Of a DNA stretch of 64,000 nt, positions 18,355 to 28,968 are shown piece after piece. Position numbers and translations under genes: made by a program. The notes below the pieces were generated by a model. It saw only the letters and a list, made by a program, of their open reading frames with translations, did not search any database and was not told where the DNA came from. The stretch spans positions 730 through 64,729 of the forward strand of contig PXUB01000042.1 of the NCBI GenBank assembly GCA_003009755.1, given 5' to 3'. This DNA is from Thermoplasmatales archaeon SW_10_69_26. GTDB taxonomy: Archaea; Thermoplasmatota; SW-10-69-26. How positions within the stretch are numbered: the first letter of the stretch is position 1; the number at the start of each line of letters is the position of its first letter.

Positions 18355-18471
18355 GGGCAGGATTTGAACTCTGGTTCAATCGCGAAGGGCCGGAGGCTAC
18401 GCGCGGTCCTTCGCGAGAGCCCGAACGCGCGTCGATAGGTGCAACGTTCGGGTGAAATCCTGCCCGCCCCA
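18355..18471 (+). repeat. tRNA-Val 3'-end duplication with twin-hairpin insert
   Basis: GGGCAGGATTTGAAC, GGTTCAA, two hairpins, then AAATCCTGCCCGCCCCA (identical to 18329-18345). Confidence 0.85.
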
Positions 18472-18833
18472 CTCGCCGCTGACTAAGCCGGCCCGTCTCC
18501 GTCCGCCACCGGGTCGCCTGCACGGGGTCTTGTCACCTCGGTGACAACGGAACTACTTTCGTCGTTCGCCATGGCGTTGAGGCAAGCGGTCGCGTCCGTC
18601 CCCCCAACACGTCCAACCCCCGTTCCTGCAACACCCCCGGACCGACTCCTGTGCTGTTCCTACCCCCGGGCGCGACCGCTTGTCCCCACCTTTCCCGTGA
18701 CCCAAGCTCCGACCAGCCGGCGGTGGGCCACCGCCGCTCGGAGGCGGCGGTCATGTGCCTGTCCGCCAAGCGGGAAGCTTAAGGGCGGAGGTCGGCTGTC
18801 CTCAACGCGCGGACCGCTTGCGTCCCGCAGACC

Positions 18834-18906
18834 AGCCCGGTGGTGTAGCGGCCAATCATTTCGGCCTTTGGAGCCGAATACGCAGGTTCGAATCCTGCCC
18901 GGGCTA
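18834..18906 (+). tRNA. tRNA-Gln(TTG)
   Basis: AGCCCGG/CCGGGCT-A acceptor, TCGGC-CTTTGGA-GCCGA anticodon arm, GGTTCGAATCC T-arm. Confidence 0.95.
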
Positions 18907-19583
18907 TGGGATCGAGGACCTGCTCCTCAGCCTCTCCCGTCGCCAGCGTCTCGCCAAGGCTGGCTGACGGTGTCGCGCTGCGTCGAAAGCCCGCAGGGGG
19001 ATTTCTTCCTCGCGCTCCTTGTCAGACAGCCTTGGCGCGGGCCCCGCCGGGCCCGCCCGGATGGGAGACGCTGGCTCGGTCCGAGGCATCGTCGCCGGTC
19101 CTCGGTCCCTGCGGATACCGCTGGTCGTCAGCGGGCAGGATGAGAACCGCAGGTTCGATCGTGAGAGCCGGTGGAAGAGCGGGCGGTTCTCACGAGCGGC
19201 CGAACCGGCGTCCACTGCTCGGTTCGGCCAGAATCCTGCCCGGGCTATACCGGTCGAGTCCTCGTTCCTCAGGTTCTCCCGTCGCGAGCACCTCGCCAGC
19301 CGCCGCTGACGGTGTCGCTCTGCTTCGGAAGCCCGCAAGGGGATTCCTGCATCGAGCTCCTTGCCAGCGACGGCTGGCGCGAGCTGAAGGCTCGCCCAAC
19401 GGGAGGTGCTTACTCGGTCCGAACACATCGTCACGAAGACTCGACCGGTGCTCCAATCGCGGATCGTAGAGGGCAGGATGAGAACCTTGGTTTGATCCCG
19501 AGGCGCGGTGTCGACCGCACGCGTCTCGGGAGCGGCCGAACCGGCGTTCACTGCTCGGTTCGGCCAGAATCCTGCCCGGGCTA
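18907..19583 (+). repeat. Two tandem ~340-bp structured units, each ending in the tRNA-Gln 3' end
   Basis: GAATCCTGCCCGGGCTAT at 18890, 19231 and 19567; the units are diverged but their stems co-vary. Confidence 0.9.
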
Positions 19584-19594
19584 TCCCTCCTACC

Positions 19595-20032
19595 TCACCA
19601 CACCTGGAACAGCAGGAAGTACACCGCGATCCCCATCACGATCGAGACGAGCCACATCGGGGCGACCTTGGTCGCCAACTGCCGGTGCTCGGTCCAGTGG
19701 CTGCGCATCGCGCGCAGGTACACGAAGGGGATGAGCACGATCGTGGCGACGGCCAACACCATGTGCGTGCCGAGGAAGGCGTAGTAGAAGGTGCTCGCCC
19801 AACCCGGTGCAGTGGGGTTCTGCGCGGCGAACGAGGTCGGGCCGTGGAGGAACATCCGGACGAGGTACAGCGCCAGGAACAGGCTGAACAGCGCTGTGGC
19901 TGCGATCATCAACTGCTTGTGCCGGTCCACGTTGCCTCGCCGGATCTCGTGGACGGCTCGCAGGATCAAGACCCCGACGACGGCCACGATGACCGTGTTC
20001 GCCGGCGGGATCGCGGCGATGAGGTCGACCAC
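19595..20032 (-). CDS. DUF420 family membrane protein
   Basis: HKQLM...FLALY...Y..FLGTHMVLA...HRQLA...WL.SIVMGIAVY pattern. Confidence 0.85.
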   Translation of the reverse strand: MVDLIAAIPPANTVIVAVVGVLILRAVHEIRRGNVDRHKQLMIAATALFSLFLALYLVRMFLHGPTSFAAQNPTAPGWASTFYYAFLGTHMVLAVATIVLIPFVYLRAMRSHWTEHRQLATKVAPMWLVSIVMGIAVYFLLFQVW

Positions 20033-20096
20033 GGATCGACCAAGCGGCCATGGCACAAAACCCTTAGCCGGACGCCGCCTCGGGAGGTTCGTCCCC

Positions 20097-20969
20097 GTGC
20101 GTGTCAGCTGGGTCCTGCTCGTCGCGTTGACAGCGTGCCTCGTGCCGGCCGCTCCGGCCCTGGCCCAGACGACCGGTTCGGCCTCCGTGGACCTGTCGCT
20201 GCCGACGCTGGCGGCGCCCGTCTCCCCGGCCGAGCCGCAGAACTCCTCGGTCACCGTCCGCTACGAGTGGAACGATGGGATGGCCGAGGACAACGTGACC
20301 GTCGACCTCTCCCACGTCGACGGACCGCCTTGGCTGAACTCCTCGTTCTCGCCGAGCACCGTCGAGTTCGACCTCGGCAACCAGGCCTCCGGGGTCGAGA
20401 CGCGCATCGTGAACGTGACCCTGGACGTGGCCTCCGACGCGACCGCCTACACCGAGGCCGAGGCCACCTACCGGGCCGAAGCCGAAGCCAGCGGCACGCT
20501 GCCGGCCGCCGAGATCGAGGAGAGCCTCGCGTTCGAGTCCGGGTTCGCCGGCCAGCTCGTCGCCGCCCTTCCTGAAGGCAACGTCACCGCCTGGGGCGGC
20601 CTCCGCCAGGAGGTCCCGATCGACCTCGAGAACACCGCCAACGGCCCGATCGAGGTCGACGTCCGCGTCGACCGCATCCCCGCCGACGCCCGCGGCACGC
20701 CGCCGGACGCGATCGTCCTCGGCCACGAACCCGGCAACGAGTCGACGACCGCCACGATGGAGATCCGGGTTCCCTGGAGCCTCAGCGTCGAGGGCCCGGT
20801 CGAGCTCGCGCTCGACGCCGCCCACGAGACCGAAGGCACCGAGCTGGACGACCGCCGGCTGGCCTTCACCCTCGACGGCCGAAGCGCCGTCCCCGTGCCC
20901 GGCCCTGGTCCCTGGATCACCCTGCTCGCCGCCGCGTTCGCGCTCGCCGTCCGGGCCCGCTCGAGATGA
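20097..20969 (+). CDS. Secreted Ig-like protein with PGF-CTERM-like anchor
   Basis: Signal peptide, beta-rich body, VPGPG-hydrophobic-RARSR tail. Confidence 0.75.
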   Translation: MRVSWVLLVALTACLVPAAPALAQTTGSASVDLSLPTLAAPVSPAEPQNSSVTVRYEWNDGMAEDNVTVDLSHVDGPPWLNSSFSPSTVEFDLGNQASGVETRIVNVTLDVASDATAYTEAEATYRAEAEASGTLPAAEIEESLAFESGFAGQLVAALPEGNVTAWGGLRQEVPIDLENTANGPIEVDVRVDRIPADARGTPPDAIVLGHEPGNESTTATMEIRVPWSLSVEGPVELALDAAHETEGTELDDRRLAFTLDGRSAVPVPGPGPWITLLAAAFALAVRARSR

Positions 20970-21139
20970 ACCACTCGAAGAAAGGGAACCTCGCCCCTGG
21001 GTCACAACCGCGGCAGAACCCGACAACCCTTATACCACCGGAAGGGCTACGACCGGCGGGATGGGATCGCGCACGGGGCCGATCGGCCGAGTTCCCCGAC
21101 TAGGGCCAGTGCGATCGATCACCCGTCGGTGGTGAGCGC

Positions 21140-23071
21140 GTGAGCATCGCGAACGAACTTGCAGACAAGCAACGAGACATCGCCGTCTCAGAGTTCTTCG
21201 AGCGGAACAAGCACATCCTCGGGTTCGACAACACGACCCGAGCCCTCATCACGAGCGTCAAGGAGGGCGTCGACAACGCTCTCGACGCCTGCGAGGAGGG
21301 CAACGTGCTGCCCGACATCCGCGTCGAGATCCACGAGGGCGACGACGACGAGTACACCCTCGTCATCGAGGACAACGGCCCCGGCGTCGTCAAGCGCCAG
21401 GTCCCCAAGGTGTTCGGCCGGCTGCTCTACGGATCGCAGTTCCACCGCATCCGGCAAAGCCGCGGCCAGCAGGGCATCGGCATCAGCGCCGTCGTCATGT
21501 ACGGCCAGCTCACCTCCGGCCAACCCGCCACCATCTGCACACGCGTGGGACCCGACCACCCCGCCTACGAGCTCGATCTCCGCCTCGACACGAAGGAGAA
21601 CGAGCCCGAGGTCGTCGACGAGGAGATCGTCGACTGGGACAAGGACTCCGGCACGCGGCTCGAGATCACGATGGAGGCCCGCTACGTCCGCGGCGCCCAG
21701 TCCGTGTACGAGTACCTGCGGACCACCAGCATCGTCAACCCGCACGCCGAGCTCACGCTCGTCGAGCCCGACGGGACGACGACGAAGTTCCCGCGCTCCA
21801 GCGAGCAGCTACCGCCCGAGACGGTCGAGATCAAGCCCCACCCGCTAGGCATCGAACTCGGCCAGCTGCAGGAAATGGCGAAGAACACCGAGGCCCGCAA
21901 GATCACCTCGTTCCTGCAGAACGACTTCTGCCGCGTCGGTCTGCAGACGGCCCGCAAGATCTGCGACAAGGCGGGCATCGGCGAGGACCGCAAACCCTCC
22001 TACCTGAAGACCGACGACTGCAAGGCTCTGATGTCGGCCTTCGAGGAGGTCCGCATCGTCTCGCCGCCGACCGACTGCCTGTCCCCGATCGGCGAGACCC
22101 TGATCCGCCGCGGCCTCCGCACGGAGTTCGAGGACGCCGACCTCGTCGCGACCGAGACCCGCTCGGCCGAGGTCTACGGCGGCCACCCGTTCCAGATCGA
22201 GGCCGCCATCGTCCACAACAGCGACAAGCTGCCGGACGACGAGCAGGTCGAGATCCTGCGCCACGCCAACCGCGTCCCGCTGCTGTACCAACGCGGCGGA
22301 TGCGTGTCCACGAAGGCGATCGAGGACATCGACTGGCGCCGCTACGATCTCGACCAGCGCGGCGGTCAAGGCATCCCGCACGGCTCGTGCGCGATCCTCG
22401 TCCACGTCGCCTCGACCAACGTCCCCTTCACCAGCGAGTCCAAGGACGCCGTCGCCGACATCCCCGAGATCCGCAAGGAGATCGAGCTCGCCGTGCGCGA
22501 GTGCGCTCGCGAGATGCGCTCGCAGATCCGCAAGGGCAAGAAGATGAAGCGCCTCCGGCAGAAGGAGGACATCATCCGCAAGATCGTGCCCGCGATGGCG
22601 GAGAAGAGCGCCCAGATCCTCGACAAGGACGTCCCCGACTACGAGAAGGCGATCGCGCGCATCATGAACGCCGTCATGGTCACGCCCACGATCGAGTACG
22701 AGCAGGGCGTTGGCCACGACATCACGATCGAGGTCCGCAACTACACCTCCCACGGCAAACGGATGCAGGTCATGGCCGAGCTCCCCGCCGAGGGCGACGT
22801 CGAGGACCCCGAACCCGACGCCGGCTACCGCGGCAACATGATCGTCTGGGACGAGGACAAGATCGACACCGGCGAAGCCCGTGAGTTCTCCTACCGCGTC
22901 CGCGGACTGGCCGAGGCCGACATCCAGAACGTCGACATCTTCCTCGACGGCATCGACGCCACGCTGATCGCCGGCGCCGAGGCCTGGGAGGGATCCGAGA
23001 TCGAGGAGACCGCCCCCGAGCCGCAGGAGATCGACGACGGTGACGAGGTCACCCAGGAGGTGCAGGTCTGA
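21140..23071 (+). CDS. top6B: DNA topoisomerase VI subunit B
   Basis: [56 protein letters not shown]. Confidence 0.97.
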   Translation: MSIANELADKQRDIAVSEFFERNKHILGFDNTTRALITSVKEGVDNALDACEEGNVLPDIRVEIHEGDDDEYTLVIEDNGPGVVKRQVPKVFGRLLYGSQFHRIRQSRGQQGIGISAVVMYGQLTSGQPATICTRVGPDHPAYELDLRLDTKENEPEVVDEEIVDWDKDSGTRLEITMEARYVRGAQSVYEYLRTTSIVNPHAELTLVEPDGTTTKFPRSSEQLPPETVEIKPHPLGIELGQLQEMAKNTEARKITSFLQNDFCRVGLQTARKICDKAGIGEDRKPSYLKTDDCKALMSAFEEVRIVSPPTDCLSPIGETLIRRGLRTEFEDADLVATETRSAEVYGGHPFQIEAAIVHNSDKLPDDEQVEILRHANRVPLLYQRGGCVSTKAIEDIDWRRYDLDQRGGQGIPHGSCAILVHVASTNVPFTSESKDAVADIPEIRKEIELAVRECAREMRSQIRKGKKMKRLRQKEDIIRKIVPAMAEKSAQILDKDVPDYEKAIARIMNAVMVTPTIEYEQGVGHDITIEVRNYTSHGKRMQVMAELPAEGDVEDPEPDAGYRGNMIVWDEDKIDTGEAREFSYRVRGLAEADIQNVDIFLDGIDATLIAGAEAWEGSEIEETAPEPQEIDDGDEVTQEVQV

Positions 23072-24183
23072 TGTCGACGAACGGAGCCAGGTTGGAAGAC
23101 GCCGACCGCGAGACCCTCGAGGCCCTGTACGAGCTCGCGCACAAGATCTACGACGATCTCGAGGACGGCGATGTCCCAGAGCTCAACCTCCCGGTACGGT
23201 CGAAGTCCAACATCGAGTTCGACGAGGAGCACGGCGTCTGGAAGTACGGGGACAGCCAGTCCACCCGGTCGGCGAAGAAGACCGACGGCGCCAAGATGCT
23301 GCTGCGGACGACGTACATGATCGACTTCATCCGCGAGATGCTGGAGACCGACAAGTCCAGCACCTTGCGAGAGATGTACTACATCAGCGAGGGCTGGGAC
23401 CTCGCCAAGTTCTCCGACCAATCCGAGTCCGACAAGCTGGCCGAGGACCTCGAGGTCATCACCGAGTACCTCCGCGAGGACTTCCAGCTCCGCCCCGAGG
23501 AGGACGGCGCCCGCATCCTCGGCGACGTCACCGTCGAGGAGGAGACCCGCACCGGCGACACGCGCGTCATCAACTGCCAAGACGACGTCGGCGACGCCGG
23601 GTACTCGGTGCCCTACAGCGTCGAGGAGGACAAGCTGCGGTTCGTCGACATCGACGCCGACTTCATCCTCGCCATCGAGACCGGCGGTATGTTCGACCGG
23701 CTCGTCGAGAACGGGTTCGACGAATCCCACAACGCGCTGCTGCTCCACCTCAAGGGCCAGCCCGCCCGGTCGACCCGGCGCCTGCTCAAGCGCCTGAACG
23801 AGGAGTACGGCCTGCCGACGTTCGTGTTCACGGACGCTGATCCCTGGTCCTACCGCATCTACGCCAGCGTGGCCTACGGTGCGATCAAGACCGCCCACAT
23901 CAGCGAGTACCTGGCCACGCCGGCCGCTCAGTACCTCGGCGTGACCCCCAGCGACATCGTGAACTACGACCTGCCCACCGACGACCTCTCCGAGCAGGAC
24001 GAACGCGCGCTCAACAGCGAGCTGTCCGATCCCCGCTTCGACGACGACCAGTGGCGGGGCGAGATCGAGTTCCAGCTCGAGCTCGGGAAGAAGTCCGAGC
24101 AGCAGGCACTCGCGAAGTACGGTCTCGACTTCGTGACCGACACCTACCTGCCCGAGAAGCTCTCCGAGATGGGCGTGATCTAG
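23071..24183 (+). CDS. top6A: DNA topoisomerase VI subunit A
   Basis: [39 protein letters not shown]. Confidence 0.97.
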   Translation: MSTNGARLEDADRETLEALYELAHKIYDDLEDGDVPELNLPVRSKSNIEFDEEHGVWKYGDSQSTRSAKKTDGAKMLLRTTYMIDFIREMLETDKSSTLREMYYISEGWDLAKFSDQSESDKLAEDLEVITEYLREDFQLRPEEDGARILGDVTVEEETRTGDTRVINCQDDVGDAGYSVPYSVEEDKLRFVDIDADFILAIETGGMFDRLVENGFDESHNALLLHLKGQPARSTRRLLKRLNEEYGLPTFVFTDADPWSYRIYASVAYGAIKTAHISEYLATPAAQYLGVTPSDIVNYDLPTDDLSEQDERALNSELSDPRFDDDQWRGEIEFQLELGKKSEQQALAKYGLDFVTDTYLPEKLSEMGVI

Positions 24184-24317
24184 GCTTCTCGCGCCGCCCC
24201 CAGGACCGAACGCCCGCCGCGGGCGGAACGAGTGGCCACGCTGACGGATGCTCCGGGGGCCCCCGCCTGCGACCCGAACCGATTTCACGGCCCGCGCCCA
24301 TACCCACGTCGGTCCCC

Positions 24318-24713
24318 GTGCATCGCCGCCTCGTGCTGACGGTCGTCCTGCTTCTGGCGGGCGTGGCCGCGCCCGTCGCGGCCGAGCAGGGCGCTCGCAG
24401 CTGCCAGGTCGACGTCGGCGCCCCCTTCCTCCTCCTCGACAGCGGCGAGCGCGCCTCCCAGCGGGTTACCGTCGGCGGGTGCCAACTGGTGCACGACCTG
24501 GACGAGGCTTCGGTCCTCACGGAGGCCGAGCCCGGCGACTGGCCCGTCACCCCGTTGTCGCAGGATTGCCGGATCCAAGTGGACGACGACGGCGACGGTA
24601 GCGGGCTCACGACGGTCGAGCGCGGCGACGAGGTCCGGCAAGGCGCGGACCTTTGGGCCAAGTGCGAAGCCGGCGACCGTCTCGACAACCGGATCGAGCT
24701 CGCACCGACCTAG
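24318..24713 (+). CDS. Secreted 4-Cys protein (paralog A)
   Basis: Signal peptide; ends CEAGDRLDNRIEL. Confidence 0.7.
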   Translation: MHRRLVLTVVLLLAGVAAPVAAEQGARSCQVDVGAPFLLLDSGERASQRVTVGGCQLVHDLDEASVLTEAEPGDWPVTPLSQDCRIQVDDDGDGSGLTTVERGDEVRQGADLWAKCEAGDRLDNRIELAPT

Positions 24714-24780
24714 TTGTTGTCACGGGCCGCTGTGAGGTTCGATTCACCTTACCGGGCCAGCCTGGACTCCAGGGAGCACC

Positions 24781-25176
24781 GTGGGAGGAACCGCGCGAAC
24801 CGTGATCGGAGGACTGTTGCTGGTGGGCCTCGTCGGCTTGGTCGCTCCAGCGGCGGCGGACCAGGGAACGTTCGGATGCACCGTGCTCGCCGGCACCGAA
24901 GGGGGAGCCCCCGCAGGCGGCCCGATCGGTGTGTCGTCGACCGGCACCGGGCCCGGCATGGGCGAGTGCGAGATGCACACCCTCGAGAAGCGCTCCAGGA
25001 CCACGCAGATCGACGTCCCCGACGGGTGCCAGATCCACGCCGACACCGACGTGGATCTGTTCGTCGAGGAACGGGTCGGCGAGGACGAGGTCTACACCTC
25101 CGGCACGTCGATGATCGCCTTCTGCGAGGCCGGCATCGTCATGGCCGACAACCGCGTCTCGTTGGTCGACATCTGA
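24781..25176 (+). CDS. Secreted 4-Cys protein (paralog B)
   Basis: Signal peptide; ends CEAGIVMADNRVSL. Confidence 0.7.
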   Translation: MGGTARTVIGGLLLVGLVGLVAPAAADQGTFGCTVLAGTEGGAPAGGPIGVSSTGTGPGMGECEMHTLEKRSRTTQIDVPDGCQIHADTDVDLFVEERVGEDEVYTSGTSMIAFCEAGIVMADNRVSLVDI

Positions 25177-25229
25177 CGGACAACCGCCGAGCAACAACGC
25201 TTTTCAACCTACAGGCGCCCACGATATAC

Positions 25230-26642
25230 ATGCGACTCCGGTGGATCACTGCGGTTTTGCTCATCACGGCCGGGCTCACCGGCTGCATCGGCAACCTGGT
25301 CGACGGTGACGCGGCCGAAACCGCGTCGACGGACACCGAGATCGACGCGATCGCGCCCAGCGAGGAACCGCTGTTCGCGAACCCGCAGACGGCTCCGCAC
25401 CCCGCCTTCGACTACCCCACGTTCACCACGCTGTCCGACGACGAGGACATGCCCGAGCTGTGGGAACCGATCGACCCTGCCAGCTTCGACACCAGCGACC
25501 TCGAGCTCAACCACACCGGCGAGGACCCCGGCGACGCCGAGTACGGCAGCGGGATCGCCATCTTCGGCTCCATGGTCATCGTGCCCGGTCGATCCACCGG
25601 CTCCAGCTGGGTGTTCGACATCTCCGACCCAGAGAACCCCGAGCTCGTCAGCGAGTTCGGCGCCCCCGGCCGCGACGTCGACACCCTCGCCTTCCCCGAC
25701 GGGCGCCTGTACGCCGTCTTCGCCACCGACAGCGGCGTCGTGCCCGTCTGGAACCTCACCAACCCCGAGGACCCGGCCAAGGCCGCCGAGCTCGAACCCG
25801 ACCGCGGCTCCCACAACGTCGGCGTCGTCCCCGGCACCCCGTTGGTCTACAACAGCGCCGGCGCCGGCGGCGGCGACACCGGCCGCGTCGGTGAAGGGAC
25901 CGAGGGCACCGCCATCTACGACTTCTCCGATCCGGAGAACCCCGAGCTCGCGCAGGACTTCGAGAACGGGTACAGCTGCCACGACATCTCGTTCAGCATC
26001 CGCGAAAGCATGGACGAGTACCGCGCCTACTGCGCCGGCTACGACGTGACGCAGATCTGGGACATCGCCGATCCCGCCGACCCCGAGGTCATCGTCGACA
26101 TCCCGGTCCACCACGGCATGCCCGACGTACCCGCCACGTCCGCGACGCCCGCGCGCTTCAGCCACCTGGCTCTGGCCAGCAACGACGGCGACACGCTGAT
26201 CGTCGGCGACGAGACCGGCGGCGGCGCCGCGCCCGCGTGCGATGCTCACACCAGCATGGGGCCCCAGACCGCTTCCGGCCCGGTCGGCAACCTGTACTTC
26301 TACGACATCAGCGACGAGACCGACCCGCAGTTCCAGTCGATGCTCAGCCCGGACAGCCCCGCGCTGATGACCGACGAGATCCAGGACGACCCGAACCGCG
26401 CCACCGGGTCCTGCACCGCCCACTTCGGTCGCATCATCCCCGCCGAGGACCGCAACGTCCTCGCCATCGGGTTCTACGCCCGCGGCGTCAATCTGGTCGA
26501 CTTCACCGACACCTCCAACCCGGAGATCGTCGACCAGTTCAACGAGAACACCAACACCTGGGACGTCTGGTTCTACAACGGCTACCTCGTGACCGGCGAC
26601 ACCCAGCGCGGCATGGACATCTTCACCCTCGACGGCGGGTAA
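25230..26642 (+). CDS. LVIVD-repeat lipoprotein
   Basis: Lipobox LTGC; repeated xxDISDPENP units; CHDI and CTAHFG. Confidence 0.85.
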   Translation: MRLRWITAVLLITAGLTGCIGNLVDGDAAETASTDTEIDAIAPSEEPLFANPQTAPHPAFDYPTFTTLSDDEDMPELWEPIDPASFDTSDLELNHTGEDPGDAEYGSGIAIFGSMVIVPGRSTGSSWVFDISDPENPELVSEFGAPGRDVDTLAFPDGRLYAVFATDSGVVPVWNLTNPEDPAKAAELEPDRGSHNVGVVPGTPLVYNSAGAGGGDTGRVGEGTEGTAIYDFSDPENPELAQDFENGYSCHDISFSIRESMDEYRAYCAGYDVTQIWDIADPADPEVIVDIPVHHGMPDVPATSATPARFSHLALASNDGDTLIVGDETGGGAAPACDAHTSMGPQTASGPVGNLYFYDISDETDPQFQSMLSPDSPALMTDEIQDDPNRATGSCTAHFGRIIPAEDRNVLAIGFYARGVNLVDFTDTSNPEIVDQFNENTNTWDVWFYNGYLVTGDTQRGMDIFTLDGG

Positions 26643-26878
26643 CCCGTCGAGCTGAGCCGGCGGGGCCGAGGCCCTGCCGGACGGTCCCAAGCCAGCGGTC
26701 CCCACAGCCTTCGACCCGAACGAGGGTCCTGGCGATCGTAGGCCCTGGCCTGTTCGATTGGGCTCGGCCCCGCTTTCCGGTGACAGAGAGAACGAAGGAG
26801 AGGGCGCCCGGCTGGGGCCTTTCCAGAACCCCTCAGGAAGGTTTCCGTCACACCCACCCAATGATCGTGCCAGGCTGG

Positions 26879-27031
26879 TCAGTGGACGGAGTCGTGATCG
26901 ACGGCGACGCGCTCGTCCTCGTCAGGACTCTCCAGCAGGACCGGCTGCCCCTCCTCGTCGCGGTCCACGACCTCGTACCCGCTGTTCACCATGCGGGACG
27001 CGGTCAGACGACCGACGCTGCGGTCAGCCAT
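26879..27031 (-). CDS. Small hypothetical protein
   Basis: 50 aa acidic ORF with GGAGG upstream. Confidence 0.45.
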   Translation of the reverse strand: MADRSVGRLTASRMVNSGYEVVDRDEEGQPVLLESPDEDERVAVDHDSVH

Positions 27032-27192
27032 GCGACGCCTCCGGTTGCCCGATAACATCTCCCTGTTCATCAGACGATCGGTCGAGGGACTCGTTCACTT
27101 CGCCTAGCGTGTCCAGCGGCGAGTGGAGCCGATGAGGGGGTGTCGCCTCACCCCAGACATCGTTCGCCGTGCGGCTTGACCCCTGCGCAGCC

Positions 27193-27246
27193 CCGAAGGG
27201 AAAAGGTTTTTATAGAACTGCAAGGGCGGCAAAGACTTATATAGAA
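27193..27246 (+). promoter_or_regulatory. Tandem BRE/TATA boxes of the thermosome gene
   Basis: AAAAGGTTTTTATAGAA and AAAGACTTATATAGAA; the second lies ~30 bp before the ATG. Confidence 0.7.
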
Positions 27247-27270
27247 GCGGTGTTTTGGTTAGCGTAGACT

Positions 27271-28968
27271 ATGAGAGGAAAAGAGGGTCAACCGTTCATC
27301 GTGCTCGCCGAGGGCACGGATCGGAGCCAGGGCCAGAACGCCCAAAGCAACAACATCCAGGCTGCCCGAGCGATCAGCGACGCCGTTCGCTCCACGCTCG
27401 GTCCCCGCGGCATGGACAAGATGCTCGTCGACTCGATGGGCGACGTCGTCATCACGAACGATGGCGTCACCATCCTCAACGAGATCGACATCCAGCACCC
27501 CGCCGCGAAGATGATGGTCGAGGTCGCCAAGAGCCTCGAGCAAGAGGTCGGCGACGGCACGACCAGCAGCGTCGTGCTCGCCGGTGAGCTCCTCAACAAG
27601 TCCGAGGACCTGCTCAACGACGTCCACGCTACTCTGATCACCCGCGGTTTCAACCTGGCCGCCGAGCGCGCCCAGGAGATCCTCGACAACCTCACCACCG
27701 ACGTCGACGTCGATGACGACGAGCTTCTCGCGAAGGTCGCCCGCACGTCGATGGCCAGCAAGCTCTCCGGTGGCCACCTCGACACCTTGGCGCCCGTCAC
27801 CGTGGAAGCCATCCGCGCCGTCTCCCGTCAGCGCGACGGCAACGTCGTCGTCGAGAAGGACGACATCGGCTTCTCCAAGAAGACCGGCGGCAGCGTCGAG
27901 GACACCGAGGTCATCGACGGCCTCCTCCTCGACAAGGACCGCGTCCACTCCGGCATGCCCGAAACCGTCGAGGACGCCAACATCCTGCTGCTCAACAAGG
28001 CGATCGAGTTCGAGAAGACCGAGGTCGACTCCGAGATCCAGATCTCCGACCCCGACCAGCTCCAGGCGTTCCTCGACCAAGAGCAGGACGTCCTCGAAGA
28101 GATGGTCGACCAGATCGAGGCCTCCGGTGCCAACGTCGTCTTCTGCCAGAAGGGCATCGACGACGTTGCCCAGCACCTCCTGGCCCGCCGCGGCATCTTC
28201 GCCGTCCGCCGCGCCAAGAAGTCCGACATGCAGCGCCTCGAGAAGGCAACCGGCGCCCGCATCGTCAACAGCCTCGACGACCTCACCGAGGACGACCTCG
28301 GCACGGCCGGCCGCGTCGAAGAGCGCACCATCGGCGACGACACCTCCACGTTCGTCACCGGTGCCCCCGACGCCGAGGCCGTCAGCGTGCTGATCCGCGG
28401 CGGCACCGAGCACGTCGTCGACGAGGTCGAGCGCACGCTCGAAGACTCCATCGGTAGCGTGGCGGCCGCCCTCGAAGAGGGCAAGGTCGTCCCCGGCGCC
28501 GGTGCGACCGAGACCGAGGTCGCGCTGCGCCTCCGCGAGTACGCCAACACCGTTGGCGGTCGCGAGCAGCTCGCCATCGAGACGTTCGCCGACGCCATCG
28601 AGATCGTGCCCCGCACGCTCGCCGAGAACGCTGGCATGGACGCCATCCAGGTGCTCGTCGACCTCCGCAGCGAGCACGAGAACGGCAACAAGTCCACCGG
28701 CGTGCTCGTCGACGAGGGCGAGATCCGCGACGCCACCGCCGAGGGCGCCGTCGAGCCCCTCCGCGTCAAGACGCAGACGATCAAGTCGGCCGCCGAGGCC
28801 GCCACGATGGTCCTGCGCATCGACGACGTCATCGCCTCCAAGGGCGCCTTCGACGAGGACGCCGGCGGTCCGCCCGCTGGCGGCCCCGGCGGTCCCGGCG
28901 GCGGCCCGCCCGGCGGCGGCATGCCCGGCGGCATGCCCGGCGGGATGGGCGGACTTCCTGGGATGTGA
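27271..28968 (+). CDS. ths: Thermosome (group II chaperonin) subunit
   Basis: [30 protein letters not shown] and a GGM-rich tail. Confidence 0.97.
   Translation: MRGKEGQPFIVLAEGTDRSQGQNAQSNNIQAARAISDAVRSTLGPRGMDKMLVDSMGDVVITNDGVTILNEIDIQHPAAKMMVEVAKSLEQEVGDGTTSSVVLAGELLNKSEDLLNDVHATLITRGFNLAAERAQEILDNLTTDVDVDDDELLAKVARTSMASKLSGGHLDTLAPVTVEAIRAVSRQRDGNVVVEKDDIGFSKKTGGSVEDTEVIDGLLLDKDRVHSGMPETVEDANILLLNKAIEFEKTEVDSEIQISDPDQLQAFLDQEQDVLEEMVDQIEASGANVVFCQKGIDDVAQHLLARRGIFAVRRAKKSDMQRLEKATGARIVNSLDDLTEDDLGTAGRVEERTIGDDTSTFVTGAPDAEAVSVLIRGGTEHVVDEVERTLEDSIGSVAAALEEGKVVPGAGATETEVALRLREYANTVGGREQLAIETFADAIEIVPRTLAENAGMDAIQVLVDLRSEHENGNKSTGVLVDEGEIRDATAEGAVEPLRVKTQTIKSAAEAATMVLRIDDVIASKGAFDEDAGGPPAGGPGGPGGGPPGGGMPGGMPGGMGGLPGM

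Noticed and set aside
18904-19551. Minus-strand ORF with a repeated IPLRA...RHRQ peptide, considered as a nuclease remnant
   Set aside because: The similarity comes from the DNA repeat; differences between units follow base-pair covariation rather than codon structure, and no catalytic motif is present.
17877-19583. CRISPR array interpretation of the tRNA-adjacent repeats
   Set aside because: The repeats are tRNA fragments with 126-341 bp periods and structured inserts; there are no uniform repeat-spacer units and no cas genes.
18890-19584. Prophage or island attL/attR at tRNA-Gln or tRNA-Val
   Set aside because: The duplications are only 126-341 bp apart and there is no integrase or cargo gene between them.
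28861-28950. GGC/CCC-rich tandem repeats
   Set aside because: This is the ordinary Gly-Pro-Met tail of the thermosome.
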